Positions 1 through 7,941 of a stretch of DNA of 31,722 bases are shown here, one piece after another. This DNA is from Candidatus Heimdallarchaeota archaeon (GTDB lineage Archaea > Asgardarchaeota > Heimdallarchaeia > Hodarchaeales > Hodarchaeaceae): the NCBI GenBank assembly GCA_048881705.1, contig JBHLSH010000045.1:1-31722 (forward strand). Direction: 5' to 3'. The stretch's first letter is position 1, and each line of letters starts with the position of its first letter. Below the pieces are notes generated by a model. The model was not told the DNA's origin. It saw only the letters and a program-made list of their open reading frames with translations, and ran no database searches. Position numbers and translations under genes: made by a program.

Positions 1-674
1 AAAAAGGCTAGAGCAATTGCGGGTGGGCCCAAAATTGCACGATTTAGAATTTCAGGGTATACAAACTGATTAGTTATAGGATCTTTTTCAGTAATTTCGA
101 TTCCTGAAATAGTGTGGAATATAATTCCCCAGACCGCCCCTGTCAACACAGTGACCGAAAGTCCGGTAAACTCGGCCCAAGTTCCTCGCTTAACAAGAGA
201 AGTAGTATCTAGGCTTAAAAGCCCCAAAGAAGTTAAAACTATAGGTCCAAGTAGCGGAGCCACTATCATACTTGCAATGATTACAACAGAATCACTGTTT
301 ATTAATCCAATACTTGCTAATGTCGCTGCAAGTATGTTCATCAGTAAATATATCCCGGAAAAGCCTGAAATGTCTCCTAGATTCGCTAAAATTTCTTCTC
401 GATTGACACCCGCCGCTGTAGGGAGCGTATTCTCCTCTTTCTGGCTTGAAATTATCAAAGAAACTGGTCGTACAATAATATCCCCGTATGCAACACCTAT
501 TCCCCGGGCTTTTAGCTCCTCAATCATGACATTGGTTTGGTAGTCTTCAACGGACAGTTCAAACACAACTAGTTCTAGGAAATCGTACGTATTTGATTGA
601 AGTTTAAAATCTAGTAAAAACTCGTCCATAAGACTCTTTTTGTCTGTAGGAATTGTAACTTGAATTTCCTTCAA
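1..674 (-). CDS. TIGR00341/DUF389-family multi-pass membrane protein, 3' end truncated by the window edge
   Basis: Not in the ORF track. I translated an open minus-strand frame from 683 to the window start: (V L S) L K E I Q V T I P ... SDSVVIIASMIVAPLLGPIV (DUF389 signature) ... PEILNRAILGPPAIALAF. The likely start is TTG at 674, 6 nt after GAGGTG; the alternative is GTG at 683. Confidence 0.85.
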   Translation of the reverse strand, partial: MKEIQVTIPTDKKSLMDEFLLDFKLQSNTYDFLELVVFELSVEDYQTNVMIEELKARGIGVAYGDIIVRPVSLIISSQKEENTLPTAAGVNREEILANLGDISGFSGIYLLMNILAATLASIGLINSDSVVIIASMIVAPLLGPIVLTSLGLLSLDTTSLVKRGTWAEFTGLSVTVLTGAVWGIIFHTISGIEITEKDPITNQFVYPEILNRAILGPPAIALAF

Positions 675-1173
675 GCTGAGCACCTCTTATAATTGGGCTA
701 AGAAAATTAGCTAAGAGATCAAAACAAACAAAGGTAAGTGACTGATTTTACTTTTTTATGAACTGTTTTCCTCATATCGATACTTGATTAAAGGAATCTA
801 GCAACCCTTTCGATTTAACCTTATGCTTTTTTCCCTATATTGGAGTTCGCGCTCGATCACGAATTATATAACTTGAATGTCCATTGATGCAGAGTAAGAT
901 TGAATCAATTAGATTTTCCGAGGTTTATGCAGAAAAAAATCCATAAGAGAACTCAATATTGCATTAAACTGGTTTTCATGTAACAAATAATTGAGATGAC
1001 ATACGATTCCCAAATTTATAACCAATTTTGGCATTGGTACCAAATAAATCCGCGCCCATTGAACCAAAATTAGTTTGCGATTTTCGCATCTTTACGTTTA
1101 GATTCGGCCAACGAAACTCGAAACCCCTACGAAAAACTTAATAAACACTTTTCGAAGTTTAAATCTTAGAAAC

Positions 1174-1201
1174 TTATATAACTATTAACTATTGTTAACA
1201 A
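1174..1201 (+). promoter_or_regulatory. Archaeal promoter of the Lrp/AsnC gene: TATA box TTATATAA (1174-1181) plus downstream palindrome TTGTTAACAA (1192-1201)
   Basis: A purine-rich BRE-like AGAAAC precedes the TATA box, which lies about 40 nt upstream of ATG 1222. A GGTGA SD-like site precedes the ATG. Confidence 0.6.
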
Positions 1202-1221
1202 CATTAAAACGGTGAATAAAT

Positions 1222-1686
1222 ATGAGTCACGACATATTTGACGAAATAGATAGAGAAATCTTAGAAATTCTTAGTCAGGATGGCCGAACGAAGTTTACTA
1301 CCATAGCGAAGAAAATTAATCGAACGGAGGGAACGGTTCGTAATCGAGTTCGTCGCCTGAAGGAAAAAGGCATTATACAAGGATTTAAAGTTATCACAGA
1401 TCCAGTGAACCTTGGATATGAGAGACAAGCTATCGTCAGGTTCCAACTTACGCCAAAATATGAAGTCTATACCCAGCTCTCGAATCTTCCCTTTGTATGC
1501 AGCTCTTCTGATTGCCAGCTTCTATCACTCTATCGATCCAACGGAGAAAGTACATTCATTCTAGAGATTCAAAGCAAGTCTAAACAGGGCCTGGATCACT
1601 TCCTGGAGGCTTTATCTGAATTTGATGGTCTCAGCGATATGGAAGTCCTTGTTAAGGAAGAGAAGCTTTACAGTAACATTGCTTAG
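1222..1686 (+). CDS. Lrp/AsnC-family transcriptional regulator
   Basis: N-terminal HTH DEIDREILEILSQDGRTKFTTIAKKINRTEGTVRNRVRRLKEKGII, linker DPVNLGY and C-terminal RAM domain. Confidence 0.93.
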   Translation: MSHDIFDEIDREILEILSQDGRTKFTTIAKKINRTEGTVRNRVRRLKEKGIIQGFKVITDPVNLGYERQAIVRFQLTPKYEVYTQLSNLPFVCSSSDCQLLSLYRSNGESTFILEIQSKSKQGLDHFLEALSEFDGLSDMEVLVKEEKLYSNIA

Positions 1687-1699
1687 CTAATCAAATTGC

Positions 1700-1728
1700 T
1701 TTTTTCTCTTTTTTCTTTTTTCTTTTTT
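1700..1728 (+). terminator. Oligo-T intrinsic terminator (four T6 runs, the last three as a TTTTTTC heptamer repeat)
   Basis: The tract begins 14 nt after the Lrp stop codon. Oligo-U tracts are the established archaeal terminator type. Confidence 0.6.
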
Positions 1729-1749
1729 CGTTGGTAGGTATTTCTCCAA

Positions 1750-3549
1750 TCATCCATACGTCTGCTTTTCCGGAAAGAGTACACCTTCAATAATTTCGGT
1801 TTTTGCCGTATCAATATCGAGGTTTTGCCCGTATATTCGTTCGATTGCGTCGATAAACGAAGAATGCCTCCGTGCATTTAGAAACTGACTGGTTCTTCGA
1901 TGAAGTGATGGTCGTTGAACAGGTTCTTTCTGACCCAGATCTACTACCCCAATGGTTTTATCTAATGCAATTGTACCGACCGCTCTGTCTTCACTCCTGT
2001 TTAGACTAAAGATGAGTCTCGTTTGGTCTCCATTCATCATAAATAGTTCTTCAATATTAATAGATTGCGGATTAGAGAAGGTTACCGTATGAAAACGGTC
2101 AACAGCTGCCTCTAGTTCACCTAATACTTGAACAATCTCATTTATCATCTTGAATCGCGGATTAACTTTGAATTCCATCTTACTTGTTCTTTTATCAGAA
2201 TCAAAAGCTCCCTGGATGTAATAGTTTGTTTCTCGTACAGTATCGAAGAGTTCAAACATATGTAGATCACCTACAGCATCAATAGTCAAGCTTTGAGCTA
2301 TGAAGGTATACGGAGCTATAATGGAAGAAAAATTTCGTGCCTTACGGGTGATCTTTTTCTTCACAGATTTTTCCAGGGATTTATCTCTATCTGTCCCTGT
2401 AGATCCTTTTTTTCCAAACAGAAAACCAAAAATACGCCCAAATAATCCAGGTTTCTGCTTGGAGCTTCCAGAATCAGATAATGACTTAGAAGGGGTCATT
2501 TCCTTGGAAATAGGCTGTGTAACATCCATTTTAGCAATGATCGGTTTACCAGATTTTCCTAGCGTATCCTGCCATCCTTCTCTTTCCTCTCCTCTAAACT
2601 GTAATATTGTCAATATTTTCGTGAGGTTAAGGTCATCCGCAGGAGTTACTAGCACAAATACGGACTTAGAGGAGATAAATGGATTTCTAACAATGAAAAA
2701 GTCGTTAGAACTATTTCCGATTCTACCTCTCAAGGAAACGAAACTATACTCCCCTATTTGCTTGTCCAGAGCTTTTATAAGGTTCTTGAGTTCATCCTGT
2801 ATTGTTTCCAGATTTATTTGAGATTTCCGACTCCACGCGGCTAGGTATCCAGGCCTGTTTGAGTCAAAGATGACAATGCCTTGACTCTCGTTAAAATTCG
2901 GAACGCTAACGATTTCTTTCTTTTGAATAGTATGGTGCATTTGATACCTTTTAAGAAGATCCCAGATATATCTGGTTAAATCCTTAGCTGATTTATGGGA
3001 CGATGCTTGGCCAAAAGCACCGATCTCGGCATCTGGATATTCACGTTGAAGAGCTGCAGAGATAACACCCAGTTCCCAGCCCGCAGGTCCCTCTCCTAGG
3101 ATTTCTGCTGCAACCCAAAGGTAGGGGGTTATGTAGGCATCCTTTAACCTTAGTAGCGAAATTTCGCGTATGATTCCGCGATCTCCCATAAAAGCATCCT
3201 GCGAGCGGATTTCAACAGCCGTTTTATATGCTAGATAGATGATTTTTAGCAGTTTATCTGGAGATTCGCACCTCTTTTGTCCCAGAATAAAAATATTGAC
3301 AACCGTACGATAACGGTCTTCGTCTGTACATCCACTAGGTAATACAGATGAAGTGATGATGAAATCAGCGACAAATAAGGCTTTTGATGCAGTTTCTGCA
3401 CTAAGTCCCTTCTCGGTTGCAAAAGATATCCATTCGGGTGAATATGTAGGATATTTAGCGAGTCGATCGGCTAGATTATATTCCTTCTCGAGATTGGAAA
3501 GTATATTCCGTAGTACTGTTTCATTTGGTATAAAAACTTGCCTTTGCAT
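1750..3549 (-). CDS. Uncharacterised 599-aa multidomain protein (helical N-terminus, two putative longin/roadblock-like alpha/beta domains, internal amphipathic helix)
   Basis: Long ORF with normal protein composition. The domain calls rest only on the strand/helix pattern read by eye. Confidence 0.85.
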   Translation of the reverse strand: MQRQVFIPNETVLRNILSNLEKEYNLADRLAKYPTYSPEWISFATEKGLSAETASKALFVADFIITSSVLPSGCTDEDRYRTVVNIFILGQKRCESPDKLLKIIYLAYKTAVEIRSQDAFMGDRGIIREISLLRLKDAYITPYLWVAAEILGEGPAGWELGVISAALQREYPDAEIGAFGQASSHKSAKDLTRYIWDLLKRYQMHHTIQKKEIVSVPNFNESQGIVIFDSNRPGYLAAWSRKSQINLETIQDELKNLIKALDKQIGEYSFVSLRGRIGNSSNDFFIVRNPFISSKSVFVLVTPADDLNLTKILTILQFRGEEREGWQDTLGKSGKPIIAKMDVTQPISKEMTPSKSLSDSGSSKQKPGLFGRIFGFLFGKKGSTGTDRDKSLEKSVKKKITRKARNFSSIIAPYTFIAQSLTIDAVGDLHMFELFDTVRETNYYIQGAFDSDKRTSKMEFKVNPRFKMINEIVQVLGELEAAVDRFHTVTFSNPQSINIEELFMMNGDQTRLIFSLNRSEDRAVGTIALDKTIGVVDLGQKEPVQRPSLHRRTSQFLNARRHSSFIDAIERIYGQNLDIDTAKTEIIEGVLFPEKQTYG

Positions 3550-3749
3550 GGTTCATCCGCCAGCGTTTATGGCGATAACGAGATCATAGGCCTTTAAAGG
3601 GCTATATTCGACAAATATGGAGAGAGATGACAATAAACTTCGTAACAGCTAGTAAAAGACCCGCAGATTTTTAAAAGGTGTTGCAATTATTGGGAGATAA
3701 CTGAATGATTTTAATGATTTTCCTGTTAGATCAGCAAAGGTGAACCTTA

Positions 3750-4223
3750 ATGGGTCGTAGAGTATATGTGAAAGGCAAGAAAACATACGCCAAGGGTCAG
3801 GCGCCAGATTTATCAAAAAGCAACCGCTATCAGAACATTATTAGTCTTAGTAGTATTCGTGTCGAAGACGTTCATGAAACAAATCCTATAGACAGAACAG
3901 GTGAGTTCTACTTTCAAATTGGCGGCAAAGGAATCGTCAAACAAGATGTTCGGGTACCCTATGAGGGTACAATAAATGTTAAGGAAAATATGACTTATAC
4001 GTCGAAACAAGACTTCACCTTATGGCTAGAATTCGATGAAACGAGTAAAGCGAAGACAAAAGCTATCCCTATTAAGCTCAGAGAAGCGGATGCGTCCAAA
4101 GATGATACGGTAATAAAAACGGACATCAACTTGGTTTATGGATCAGGAACAAAGCATGAAGTAATAAAAGGAAAGGGAGTAACAGTGAAGCTAAAAATAT
4201 CCTCCCATAAAACCAGATTCTAA
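3750..4223 (+). CDS. Uncharacterised all-beta protein, putative C2-like domain with basic N-terminal tail
   Basis: AGGTGA SD lies 6 nt before the ATG. C2-like loop segments IRVEDVHETNPIDRTGEFYF and IKLREADASKDDTVIKTDINL. Confidence 0.8.
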   Translation: MGRRVYVKGKKTYAKGQAPDLSKSNRYQNIISLSSIRVEDVHETNPIDRTGEFYFQIGGKGIVKQDVRVPYEGTINVKENMTYTSKQDFTLWLEFDETSKAKTKAIPIKLREADASKDDTVIKTDINLVYGSGTKHEVIKGKGVTVKLKISSHKTRF

Positions 4224-4249
4224 CTTTTAGAGTAGATTTCTTTATTCTG

Positions 4250-4840
4250 GTGATCCTGCTGTCTCCAAATGAAAGAGGCGAGAAAATATCCAAAGGAGAG
4301 GGATTATTTGATAAAATTAAAAAAGGAGGTAAAGAATTTGTTGAGGGGGTTAAAGAGGAAATTAATACGGGCACATCAACTATTGAGGAAAAAGCCCAGG
4401 GATTCAAATCACAGCAAAGTACAAAGGTACGATCTGCAATTGCTGAGCGAAAAACGCAAACCACAACGCCAGAAGAGCTGTATTTTTCTACCTGGGCCTG
4501 GTTTTGGGCCCTTATATTCGCCACAATAGGTTGTTTATTCCTCTTCTTCATGGGATTAACAAATTCCCGCTTCTTTTATCTCGGTTTGTTATCACTCTTG
4601 GCTTTTCCGTTCATTACAGGGTGGTGCCTGGTTCATATGATTCCAACCGTCAAGATCTTTGGCTATACAATATTTGACAGACGTAAGCTTTCACTTCGAC
4701 GTCAGCTCTCCGTAGGTAAGGAAATTGCCCGCCTCTTTTCCCGAGAATTTATTGGCGATGAACCATTGTTCGCTTTTTTCGTTTTTTTATTCATTTTCGC
4801 CTTTGTTCTCGCTTTGGCGATCGCTTTTATCTCTGTCTAA
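4250..4840 (+). CDS. Uncharacterised membrane protein (N-terminal amphipathic helix, 2 TM segments plus a C-terminal TM); start uncertain (GTG 4250 or CTG 4259)
   Basis: Hydrophobic segments WAWFWALIFATIGCLFLFFMGL, FFYLGLLSLLAFPFITGWCLV and LFAFFVFLFIFAFVLALAIAFISV. Begins 26 nt after the upstream stop. Confidence 0.8.
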   Translation: MILLSPNERGEKISKGEGLFDKIKKGGKEFVEGVKEEINTGTSTIEEKAQGFKSQQSTKVRSAIAERKTQTTTPEELYFSTWAWFWALIFATIGCLFLFFMGLTNSRFFYLGLLSLLAFPFITGWCLVHMIPTVKIFGYTIFDRRKLSLRRQLSVGKEIARLFSREFIGDEPLFAFFVFLFIFAFVLALAIAFISV

Positions 4841-5036
4841 CTACTCGTGCGGAGGATTAGGCAAAAGCGAATGAAGCTTTAATCAAAGTTCCAGTAATCG
4901 ATTCAAGGGGAGTTTCTTGGATTCTCCTCTCCATCGAACGTTCCACTCTGTAGTGTTGCCTTGAGCCAACGCATTTTAAATTGGGGGCAAGGTGGAGTTT
5001 AAGGTTAATTGAAAGATTATAATATGATTCCTGGTC

Positions 5037-6479
5037 GTGATTATTATCGAAGATTTACTTATTTTCGCAGTAAGAGAAGCTGAGCGAAATGGAGCTTTCA
5101 TTGAAGCGCGATATGAGGATTTAACCCTAAGAACTCTAGTTAGAGAAAAAGAAACTCTGAAAGAAGTAATTAGTAACAGGCGTTTGGGAATAGCAATCAC
5201 AGCATATTACCAAGGAGTTCAAGGTTTTTCGTTTACGGCGTCGGTAGAAAAAAGCGATATAAGTGAAACAGTTACTAGAGCAATAAAAATCGCCAAAGTT
5301 ACTGAACCTACTGCTCGTTTGAGACTACCTTTTGACCCTGATGCTAATCTGCCTGATGTACGGACCCCATTATCTCCTAAACATATCAAAAAGCATCCAC
5401 ATGGCTTCGATTTAGAGTTCAAGAAAGAAATGGTAGATCGTGCCGTTGATACCGTATTATCGTTTAAGAAGCCGAAACCGAATTCAGTTATTGGGAGATA
5501 CGGAGAATTAACTGGCATCAAAATGCTGTACACCTCTGAAGATCGGATGGTAGTTTGGAAGCCCCTTATTACGGATCTACGAATAGGAGCAATCATTAAA
5601 GATGATCGTGGGGAATTGCTACGTGCTGGTGACGGTAGTGGTGGGGCTTGGGGTTTGGATCATTGGGAAAAAAGCGACAACACTCCAGAGAAACTGGGAG
5701 AAAATGCCTATAATTGGGCTGTTGAAAAATCTAATGCAAAAAAACCACCCGCAGGTGAGCATCGAGTCCTCACCGATCCTAAATTAACTGCAGTGCTTGT
5801 ACATGAGAGTTTTGGCCATCTGTGCGAGGCAGATGGTGTTGTAGAAAATACTAGTCCGCTTTCCGGTAAAATCGGGGAAAAGATAGCGACAGAAGAAGTT
5901 TCGGCTATAGATGTAGGTACTATGGACGGAACTGCTGGCGGACTATATCTACCATTCGATGATCAAGGTGTTCCGACCGCTCGGACAGTTTTAGTTGAAA
6001 AAGGAATACTTAAGTCTTACCTACATAATCGTGGAACGGAAAATTACCTCCCTGAAACGGGAGGTTTGAGCGGTAACGCTCGTGCCATCACTTATCGTTT
6101 CGCTCCGATTCCACGCATGAAAAATACCATTTTTTTGCCTGGTTCAGTCAGAACTGAGGAAGAAATGCTTGAACTTCTTGATACGGGTATTTACTCAATT
6201 GATACTACGGGAGGATCAGTCGCTTTGGGAGAATTCCAGTTTTTCGCAACCCGGGGATATTGGGTTGAAAATGGAGAAAAGAAATATCCCCTAAGAGATC
6301 ACCTGCTAACTGGGAATATTCTCAAGGCCCTTCAAAAAGTTGAAGGAGTCGGGCAGGATTCCGTTCTTCTATCTGGATATTTTGGAGGTTGTGGAAAAGC
6401 AGGTCAATACCCGCTTTCAGTTGGAATGGGTGCCCCTCATATGCTTTTTTCGGGAATTCAAGTTGGAGGGGAAGCTTAA
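5037..6479 (+). CDS. tldD: TldD metalloprotease subunit (copy 1)
   Basis: HExxxH zinc motif HESFGH, PFDDQG, GNARA..PIPRMKNT and C-terminal GGCGK zinc-ligand Cys. Confidence 0.95.
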   Translation: MIIIEDLLIFAVREAERNGAFIEARYEDLTLRTLVREKETLKEVISNRRLGIAITAYYQGVQGFSFTASVEKSDISETVTRAIKIAKVTEPTARLRLPFDPDANLPDVRTPLSPKHIKKHPHGFDLEFKKEMVDRAVDTVLSFKKPKPNSVIGRYGELTGIKMLYTSEDRMVVWKPLITDLRIGAIIKDDRGELLRAGDGSGGAWGLDHWEKSDNTPEKLGENAYNWAVEKSNAKKPPAGEHRVLTDPKLTAVLVHESFGHLCEADGVVENTSPLSGKIGEKIATEEVSAIDVGTMDGTAGGLYLPFDDQGVPTARTVLVEKGILKSYLHNRGTENYLPETGGLSGNARAITYRFAPIPRMKNTIFLPGSVRTEEEMLELLDTGIYSIDTTGGSVALGEFQFFATRGYWVENGEKKYPLRDHLLTGNILKALQKVEGVGQDSVLLSGYFGGCGKAGQYPLSVGMGAPHMLFSGIQVGGEA

Positions 6480-6500
6480 GACCTCTTTGAGGTAGTGATT

Positions 6501-7889
6501 ATGCCAAAAATACAGTTTGAAGACCTAAAGGACTATTTACAGGGATTAGCAGAAGAAGGGGTGAAAAATGGGCTAGATTCATACCCTGAAATTGAGATCG
6601 AGGTCTATCTTGCCTACGGTTATGAAGCAGAAGTTGCAATTGAACATGGAATTCCCAAAGCCAAAGATGGAGCTTCAGGTGGAGTTGGGGTGCGAATCGC
6701 ACAAGATAAAAACTTAGGCTTTGCAGCGGCATCAGGACTCAGCAGAGATGTAATTAAATCGACGGTAGATGAATCATACGCTACAATGCGAGCCATTTCC
6801 GCTCCTGATAATAAATTTGAGGGTTTTACAGACCCAATACAAAAAAATTCTAAAGATGGCATAATTTTTAAACCGATTCTTGATATTACTTCCGCTGATC
6901 TTATCGAACGAGTGAATGCAATTACTGCGGAAGCGCAAGGAATTGATAACCGGATAGTATCAATTTCAGGTGAATCTGGAGTATCTTATGGTGGTTTTTC
7001 AGTCGCAAATTCTCGTGATGTAAATGTAGCCAGTACGATGGCAGCTAGTTACATAGTAATTCAGTGTATCGCTCAGGAACAAGAAAAAAGGAAGCTGGGA
7101 TTTGAATTTGATGTTTCACGATCCAGAGAGCTAGAATGGGATGATTTGGCTGAACGCGCTGGAAAACATGCACTCGATCTTTTGGATACGAGGAAACTTT
7201 CAAAATCGGAAGTGCTTTCTACGGTGTGGGAACCACGTGTAGGTTCCACATTTATCCTTAATAGTTTGGGTAGTGCATTGAATGGCAGACAGGTTGTCGA
7301 GGGAAGATCACGCTTTGCAGATAGGATCGGAGAGGAAATTGCTCGGCCGAATTTTGGATTGGTGGATGATGGTCAACTTCCTGAAGGCCTAAATACGAGT
7401 GCATTTGATGCCGAAGGCGTTCCCAGACAGGAAACCGTACTTGTAGAAAAGGGTACTCTTCGAAGCTTTTTATTCGATTCCTATTACGCCCGAATCTATG
7501 GAACCGAATCCACAGGAAATGCAAAGCGTTCAGGGCAAGAACCATTTTCTAATACTCCGAATGTCGGGATTTCCACACTAAACGTCCCTCCAGGCACCTC
7601 TAGTGTAGCTGATGCAATCTCTGACATTGATGAAGGGATCTATATTCAAGATTATATTATGGGACTCTCACATTCTGACCCGATCAGCGGGGATTTTTCT
7701 GCAGTATCTCCACAAAGCTTCTTAATCAAGAATGGCGAAATTGCTGGTGCATTGGAGCCGGTCACAGTTGCGGGCAATTTTTATACAGCATTACTAAATT
7801 TCCAGACCATTTGTAAAGACGCTACACTAACACCTTGGAATATCAAGATCCCCACCTTGATTATTGAGGGTTTAACTGTCTCTGGTTAA
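6501..7889 (+). CDS. pmbA: TldE/PmbA non-catalytic subunit (copy 1)
   Basis: TldD/PmbA-family motifs (GVGVRI..LGFA, FDAEGVP, TGNA, GDFS, IAGNF) with no HExxxH. ATG 6501 lies 6 nt after GAGGTA (the track gives GTG 6495). Directly follows tldD. Confidence 0.93.
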   Translation: MPKIQFEDLKDYLQGLAEEGVKNGLDSYPEIEIEVYLAYGYEAEVAIEHGIPKAKDGASGGVGVRIAQDKNLGFAAASGLSRDVIKSTVDESYATMRAISAPDNKFEGFTDPIQKNSKDGIIFKPILDITSADLIERVNAITAEAQGIDNRIVSISGESGVSYGGFSVANSRDVNVASTMAASYIVIQCIAQEQEKRKLGFEFDVSRSRELEWDDLAERAGKHALDLLDTRKLSKSEVLSTVWEPRVGSTFILNSLGSALNGRQVVEGRSRFADRIGEEIARPNFGLVDDGQLPEGLNTSAFDAEGVPRQETVLVEKGTLRSFLFDSYYARIYGTESTGNAKRSGQEPFSNTPNVGISTLNVPPGTSSVADAISDIDEGIYIQDYIMGLSHSDPISGDFSAVSPQSFLIKNGEIAGALEPVTVAGNFYTALLNFQTICKDATLTPWNIKIPTLIIEGLTVSG

Positions 7890-7941
7890 CTCTTCAATTT
7901 AACTCGGGCCTTCCCTATTTGAGGGGAAAGATCAGGAGATA

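Noticed and set aside
112-543. 143-aa plus-strand ORF from the track
   Set aside because: It is the antisense shadow of the DUF389 gene on the minus strand, which has a recognisable family motif.
684-1221. Hidden small gene in the long intergenic region
   Set aside because: Only very short ORFs are present; the region is AT-rich and consistent with divergent promoter DNA.
2300-2821. 173-aa plus-strand ORF, and other short track ORFs overlapping real genes (e.g. 3353-3589, 4126-4551, 5219-5596, 21514-21882, 24282-25109, 29279-29566)
   Set aside because: They lie antisense or out of frame within well-supported genes and have no motifs or SD sites.
1750-3549. MinD/ParA-type division ATPase suggested by the amphipathic helix
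   Set aside because: No Walker A or deviant Walker A motif anywhere in the protein.
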